Positions 58,156 through 64,000 of a stretch of DNA of 64,000 bases are shown one piece after another. The stretch's first letter is position 1; each line of letters begins with the position of its first letter. The stretch is from a virus. Below the pieces are notes generated by a model, which worked only from the letters and a program-made list of their open reading frames with translations, was not told the DNA's origin and ran no database searches. The stretch is from the IMG/VR virus record IMGVR_UViG_3300021087_000009, positions 11,252 through 75,251 of that record; one strand, 5' to 3'. The position numbers were made by a program, and so were the translations under genes.

Positions 58156-58593
58156 ATGGCATATATCAAAACAGAAGAAGTTTCCGCAATAAGAAACGAA
58201 CTTAAGAAACGATTCGGACATACCGGATTAAAGTTTGGCGTCAAGAAACAACACCATTCAAGTGTTCACGTCACAATCAAAGCAGGGCCAATAGATTTTT
58301 CAGACATTTATAGAGACCATTATGGTTCGGGCGATCATTATGCCCAAGTAAATGTTTATCACCTAAGCAATTACGGTCAACACCAACCATTCTTTGAAGA
58401 AGTTCTTAAAATAATTAAAACGGCTCCAGCATTGGCTGAAGGTGGCCGTGAATGGTTTGACAAGAGCGATATAATGACGGACTATTTTCATACCGCATTT
58501 TATATCAATCTTAATGTAGGCGAGTATGACAAACCATATGTCTACAATGGCAAGAAAATTTCCAAGAAAGAATTACTGAAGGAGGTTGCATAA
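58156..58593 (+). CDS. large polyvalent protein-associated (LPD29-like) domain protein
   Basis: IR.ELKK.F..KF.V...HSS..V.I and D..TDYF motifs. Confidence 0.55.
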   Translation: MAYIKTEEVSAIRNELKKRFGHTGLKFGVKKQHHSSVHVTIKAGPIDFSDIYRDHYGSGDHYAQVNVYHLSNYGQHQPFFEEVLKIIKTAPALAEGGREWFDKSDIMTDYFHTAFYINLNVGEYDKPYVYNGKKISKKELLKEVA

Positions 58594-59724
58594 TGGTAAA
58601 AAATAAAAGAGCTCTTCCATTTGAATGTGAAGTATTAGATCATCCTGAAGAAATCACAAATCCATTCAGTGGAGTGAAAGTCACTCTACCACCTGATGCG
58701 GTTGCGGTATATGATTGCATCAAGGGAGCAGAAATGCTAGGTAAATTTGATAAGGTGCAAAAAGGGATTGATTGGTTTATTAATAACGAGCCTAAGGCTT
58801 ATATGACCCTTTTAGATTAGGAAAGAATGGCAAAAAATAAAAGAAACAGATTTGAAAGAAAACTAGATGAATATAATCATACAATGGAATTGATCAGAAC
58901 AATAATTCCGATTGCTATATTGATTCTTCAGGTAGTTATATTGTTAAGGCTTATATGACACCATTCGGATTGCTAGGTTTACTTTTAACAATATTTGGCT
59001 TAGGTATGGTGACCTATATGCTGATACAATGGAACAATGAAACACCAAGAAGGAAAAATGACAATAATAAAAAAGATAGTTAGGAATATTTTTGATACTT
59101 TAATGCTAGGATCAATAACGGTAGGCGGTACAATTATATTTCTAATGTTAGTAGGAGTGGTGACAATATGATGATTGACTTAATACTTTTAATCAAGGTA
59201 ATGGCTTTAGGAGGTCTTTTAGTAGGCTGTGGTTATTATCTTGGAATAGGTGCAGGCCGAAAACAAGGGTCTGGTGATACAGTCGATATGCTTTGCCACC
59301 GAGGATATCTCAAGTTTCGTAGGGTTGGAAAGAACAGAAGAGAGATAGAACTTATAAAATTAAATGGAGAGGTAGAAGAATCATGATAAGAGAATTTGTT
59401 TTAATTATTTCGATGTCGATGAATAATAGTGGGCATCTTCCATCACAAAATTCTTATAATGAATTGGCTATACCTATGAAGAATGTCTTCGCTTGTGAGC
59501 TAGAGAAAAAGCAGATACCAGACAAAGATTGGTCTATAAATGGGTATCAGTTTAGTATCGAAGCCACTTGTCTTCCTAGAGAAGATTTTATTGAGCCCGA
59601 TCAAGAATATTATATGGAATGCTGGGATAAACCACAATATGATTTACCAGAGCATTGTAGAGATTTAGAATTCCACGATTCGGATTTTCCGAACGACTCG
59701 GTAGGTTCGAAAGAAAAGGGATAA
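58593..59724 (+). other. cluster of small early ORFs, many single-TM peptides
   Basis: Chained short ORFs including 58593-58820, 59168-59386, 59383-59724. Confidence 0.55.
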
Positions 59725-59728
59725 TGAA

Positions 59729-59942
59729 TTCTATGCTAGGAACTAGGACATCCGAAGCATAGAGGTTTTCAGCCGTTGCGGCTTGTTTCTCCAGAGCATA
59801 GCTCAAATAAACAAAATCGCAAGACGGAAGCCTGAGAAGGATTCATGACAAAGGTTGTCTTCCTAGAGTCAGCTGGGGGATTGAATTCGAGCCGATACTA
59901 GAGCTAGTAGATCGGGGAGTCTTTAAAACCAAGATCAGGCCC
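59729..59942 (+). ncRNA. candidate structured RNA
   Basis: GC-richer gap without a convincing ORF, containing multiple nested stems; strand assumed from neighbours. Confidence 0.45.
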
Positions 59943-60041
59943 ATTTTTTATGTATTTTGGACAATCTTAGGGGTTGACCTTTTGAGCCTTTGACCGTATA
60001 ATGTATATAACAATAAGGCAATAAAACGAGAGGCAAAAAAC

Positions 60042-61332
60042 ATGGCAAATAATTTTACCAACAACGAAATGAAGCTAGAAACTCTAGCCCAACTAGAGTG
60101 CTTAACGAACAGTCTAAAGGCTAAGGTGAATGTCCTTGATGCTTTGGACAGAGATGAAGCGTCAGGATCTTTTGATCTTCACGATCAGCTATCGACGTTC
60201 CATCAACTAACTGAGTCTTTGGCACAGGTAGTTTCAAGATCTGAATCAATAGTTCCTAAAGGAGGGCAATAATATGAACAATCTAGTCACAAAGGCAAGC
60301 GAATTAATCTACCAAATGGACAACGGTCAACTCAACGAAGTGATCGAAGCTGTCAAACTGAAACGTCAGCATCTTTCACGTCAGGCTACTAGAACTATTA
60401 TGGTAGGCGATATTGTTGGATTTGAAGGTCGAAGAGGCCAACAGGTAAGCGGTAAGGTTGTTAAGGTAAACCAAAAAACCTTAGTAGTCTTAGATTCAAA
60501 AACCCAAACAAGATGGAAAGTTTCAGGAACTTTGGTTCATAAACTAGCCATTGGAGAAGAGGCGTAAATGGGTCCTTATTCCGAACAGAAACAGATCGAA
60601 CGAGCAGAGACCGTTAAGGCGGTCCTGGCTCGTCCTAATTTAAGCGATTGGGCTAAGAATTTTTGGGCAAAGGTCGTAAGGGATCTTTGCTTTGATGAAG
60701 AAAGTTATAATCGCAGAGTCAGGGAAACTTATCAAAATTTAAGACCCTGTGAGCTTTTAATTAAAAGGAAATAATGGGGCATTGGAAATTCAAAGATCCG
60801 AACAGAAAGTCAAACCGACATAAGTTTGAGCGGATAGTCAAAAGACGTGAATTACCAAAAGCCAGACATGAAGCCTTTCAAAAATTCAAAAGACAGGGCG
60901 ATAATGACCATGTTGCTTTGGTAAAGTCTTTGAATTCAATTGGTATCAAAGAGCAGAATAAAGGTTGACTTATTTGATATAAGACCGTATAATAAACTTA
61001 ACAATTAGGCAAAGAGAAAGGCAAGATTATGGCAGATAAATTAGTTGAAGAAATAGCTAGAATGGACTTGACCCAGCGAGACGATTTTGTTAAGACTCTC
61101 GTTAGGAAATGGCCACATATGGCTCTGAGCTTATCTAATATGATAGGTTTGGAAATAACAATTAACGACATGGAGGAGGCTAATGATTAAGGCTATATTT
61201 TTTATGGCGATCGGTGCATTAGGTTTCTATCTTTACCAAGACCCATCACAATTAAATCCGTTGGTGGACTCGGCTAAAGATTTAGTGAACCAAGGTGCAG
61301 AGTTTATCCAAGATAAAACAAAGGCAGAATAA
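60042..61332 (+). other. cluster of small early ORFs (60042-60272, 60274-60567, 60568-60774, 60774-60968 and shorter ones)
   Basis: RBSs and translational coupling after early promoters. Confidence 0.6.
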
Positions 61333-61347
61333 TTGGAGGGAAGGGCT

Positions 61348-61782
61348 ATGGACATCATTTTCGACGTAGATGGAACTTTGATGGACATTTCACATAGAAA
61401 GAAGTTCGTTGAGCAACGACCTAAAGACTGGGATAGTTTTAGGGACGAGACTCCGAACGACACCCCAATTAAAGAAGTATTTCAAATCGCTATTGCTCTA
61501 CAGAAAGCTGGTCATAGCATTATTATAGCCAGCGGGCGAAACAAGAGCCAAAGAGCAATCACCCTGAAACAATTAATGGCTGAAGGATTAGTCTTTATTG
61601 ATTTGTTCATGAGAAGCGACAAAGATTTTAGATCTGATGTGGTTCTTAAGAAAGAGATGCTAGGAGCCATGAGACGAAAAGGCTATAATCCTAAAATGGT
61701 GTTTGACGACAGAAGTTCGGTCGTTCAAATGTGGAGAGATGAAGGCTTACGAGTGGCACAGGTTGCCCCGGGAGACTTTTGA
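61348..61782 (+). CDS. HAD phosphatase, T4 PNK 3'-phosphatase-like
   Basis: FDVDGTL, SGR, LFMR..D.R.D...K, VFDDR..VV.MWR. Confidence 0.88.
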   Translation: MDIIFDVDGTLMDISHRKKFVEQRPKDWDSFRDETPNDTPIKEVFQIAIALQKAGHSIIIASGRNKSQRAITLKQLMAEGLVFIDLFMRSDKDFRSDVVLKKEMLGAMRRKGYNPKMVFDDRSSVVQMWRDEGLRVAQVAPGDF

Positions 61783-61787
61783 ACAGG

Positions 61788-61837
61788 CCTGGCGATAATT
61801 GTGCTCGTCCAGTGCCAGGTAATACCCTGGACGGGCA
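61788..61837 (+). other. H-type RNA pseudoknot
   Basis: S1 CCTGGCG/TGCCAGG, S2 TGCTCGTCCAG/CTGGACGGGCA. Confidence 0.7.
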
Positions 61838-61867
61838 ATATATTAACCAACAACCAACGGAGGCTAT

Positions 61868-62059
61868 ATGATTAAGGCAAACAACGAAAAAAATGAAATC
61901 GATAATCGATCAGAAAATGAAATTGAGCATGATCGAATGATGAAAGAATTCTTTGACAAAGGCGGAGTGATCCAAAAAATACCATCAGGGATTACAGGGT
62001 CTGAATATTATGGAACTCCAGCAGTCGTAAATAAATGGGCAAAAAAGAAGAAAAAATAA
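61868..62059 (+). CDS. SutA-like RNAP-binding small protein
   Basis: MKEFFDKGGVIQKIP motif; GGAGG RBS. Confidence 0.5.
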   Translation: MIKANNEKNEIDNRSENEIEHDRMMKEFFDKGGVIQKIPSGITGSEYYGTPAVVNKWAKKKKK

Positions 62060-62122
62060 GGTTGACCTGCTAAATTTTAGGTGCTATAATGTATATAACA
62101 ATTAGGAACACTTAAACGAGGA

Positions 62123-63528
62123 GTGATGCATATGACATCCAAGATCGTAATCAGGGACGCAACGAATACTCATTGGTCTTCAAAAACCAAAGAGGCAGGA
62201 AAATGTTTCAAAGTTATTAAGCTCACCAATTACAAGAACTTCAAAATTTTGGGCCAACTCTTTACTCAACTAGAGTTGAAGAAGTTTTTAGAAACCCTAC
62301 CATCCAGAGTCAACTACGAAATCTTAGGAGAACAATAAAATGGGATATTATACTCTACCTCCGATCGATCGTAAACGGTACACCGACATAAAAGGACTTG
62401 AAGGACCGTTCGTAATGAATAGTGGTAAGGTTTTGTATTATGATCCTAAGGAAGGCAAGTATTATGATCGTGATACAGATTTCTATGTATCGAACGAAGA
62501 TATGCTTCATCATAATCAATTGAGTTCTGAACTTTACACCGAGGAGGGCAATCATGATAATGTATAATGTTGATGATGTTTTAACAGCCAGACGTTCAGA
62601 TCCAAAGAAAACGAACAATCAATTTTTCACAGAATCAGTTGGTGGAATGACAAGAGAATGCGAACTGATTAATGCTCTGCTTGATATTAGAGATTCAAGC
62701 GAAAGCGGGTCATATGAAATGGCCACAGTAGATCAAACTTTAGGAAAAATGGGATATACCCCATGGACGAAAGGATAAAGAATGTTGAGAACTTTTATAT
62801 TCCAAACGGCAACAGATTCAATCGAGATTGTGGCCACAGGATTTAGGGATGCCTGCGATACTTTGGCAGAGGCATTCCCGGCAATCAAGATCACAGATAT
62901 CTTAGCCATGGAGGAGCATTTTTGTCCTGATATTAATGATACAATTCATTAGGAGATTAAAGTTATGTCAGTTCTAGTTGGTATTATGAGTATAGTATTT
63001 GGAGGTTATGTGGCACAACCACAATGGTTTAATGATGGACCATATGAGTTTCTTGAGGCACATCAATCTCAAGAAGAATGTCAGATTGTAGGAGCAGGAA
63101 CGAGTGATATTTGTTCTGAAGGGAATCGATATGCTCTTTCAGATAAGAAAGCCCCTAAAGTGTCTGAGACAGCAAAATTTCAATTTGTCGATTGTGATTA
63201 TTGGGCAGGTTGTTATGCAATGAAAGAGGAGAAGTAAATGTTAAAAATAGACGAAGTGGTACCTGGTAAGGCATTTGCCTGTAAATTTAAGGTCTTGACA
63301 ATGTTAGATACATTTGGTAGACCAAATGGGCTATCTGATGTACCGTTAGCAGGTCCAGGCGACTATGAAGGCTTTGGTCTTATTAAAGTTCGGGACATGG
63401 AGTCTAAGCAGGTTAGAGTTGTAGATCAAGCGAGCGGAAAAGAATTCATCGTTTCTTTTGATAATATTTGGGATATCGATGAAGCGGTTTACGAACCCGA
63501 AGCCACTAAGGAAGAAAAGGATGGATAG
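62123..63528 (+). other. cluster of small early ORFs (62123-62338, 62340-62567, 62554-62778, 62965-63237, 63238-63528)
   Basis: Coupled ORFs; GLEGPF...YYDPKEGKYYD motif in 62340-62567. Confidence 0.6.
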
Positions 63529-63700
63529 TTGAAACTTTTATTATTCATCACGAGCGTCATCGTAGGAATCACTTTAATATTCTACGGAGCTCATCTTCAA
63601 GATCCATTTGATCTTGATCTAAATTATTGGCAATATGCTGGATTGTGTTTTGTAGGGTTTTCTTTTATACTTTGGGTAGATAGAGATTAATCAGTTTGAG

Positions 63701-63777
<77 letters not shown>

Positions 63778-64000
63778 ACTGAGATTATTCATTTTTGGTA
63801 AAAATGTACCAAATCAAAAAGCCTACAATTCCATACAGAACCCATTCCATGCTGATATTTATTGACAATCTTAGGGGTTGTAATCTACTTCTAAAGATCG
63901 TATAATGTATATAACAATTAACACAAAGGGGGCAACATGGCAATCCAAAACATAATCTCAAGAATTAGTCCAGATGAACTTATCAATCAGATCGCAGATA

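Noticed and set aside
61786-61840. HDV-like/theta ribozyme reading of the pseudoknot
   Set aside because: P3/L3 and the P1.1 GG are missing; it fits a simple H-type fold

Overview
This window looks like a 64-kb, AT-rich segment of a large tailed dsDNA phage (T4-like/jumbo myovirus type). Its host is probably a marine Alphaproteobacterium, inferred from the alpha-type two-piece tmRNA, Shemin-pathway ALA synthase, the hemO-pcyX cassette, alpha-like DnaK and a PqqA peptide. Positions 1-55.6 kb are mostly minus-strand middle/late genes. These include nucleotide metabolism (nrdAB, glutaredoxin, guaC, purM, talC), proteostasis and translation (clpP, clpS, dnaK, hsp20, bS21, two csp genes, tmRNA), tetrapyrrole genes (hemA, hemD-like, heme oxygenase, pcyX), lipid and cell-wall enzymes, and probable virion proteins. 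Positions 55.7-64 kb are a plus-strand early region of small ORFs behind repeated strong sigma70 promoters, ending with tRNA-Arg(UCU). Several signals are missing from the ORF track: a 70-nt alanine-type tRNA-like RNA that resembles a tmRNA tRNA-like domain with no coding domain, a stand-alone pqqA gene, two A-AAA-AAG -1 frameshift candidates, an H-type pseudoknot, a ~215-nt structured intergenic RNA, a shared N-terminal motif on probable head proteins, and apparently leaderless late genes. All assignments come from reading motifs by eye; no searches or folding programs were run.
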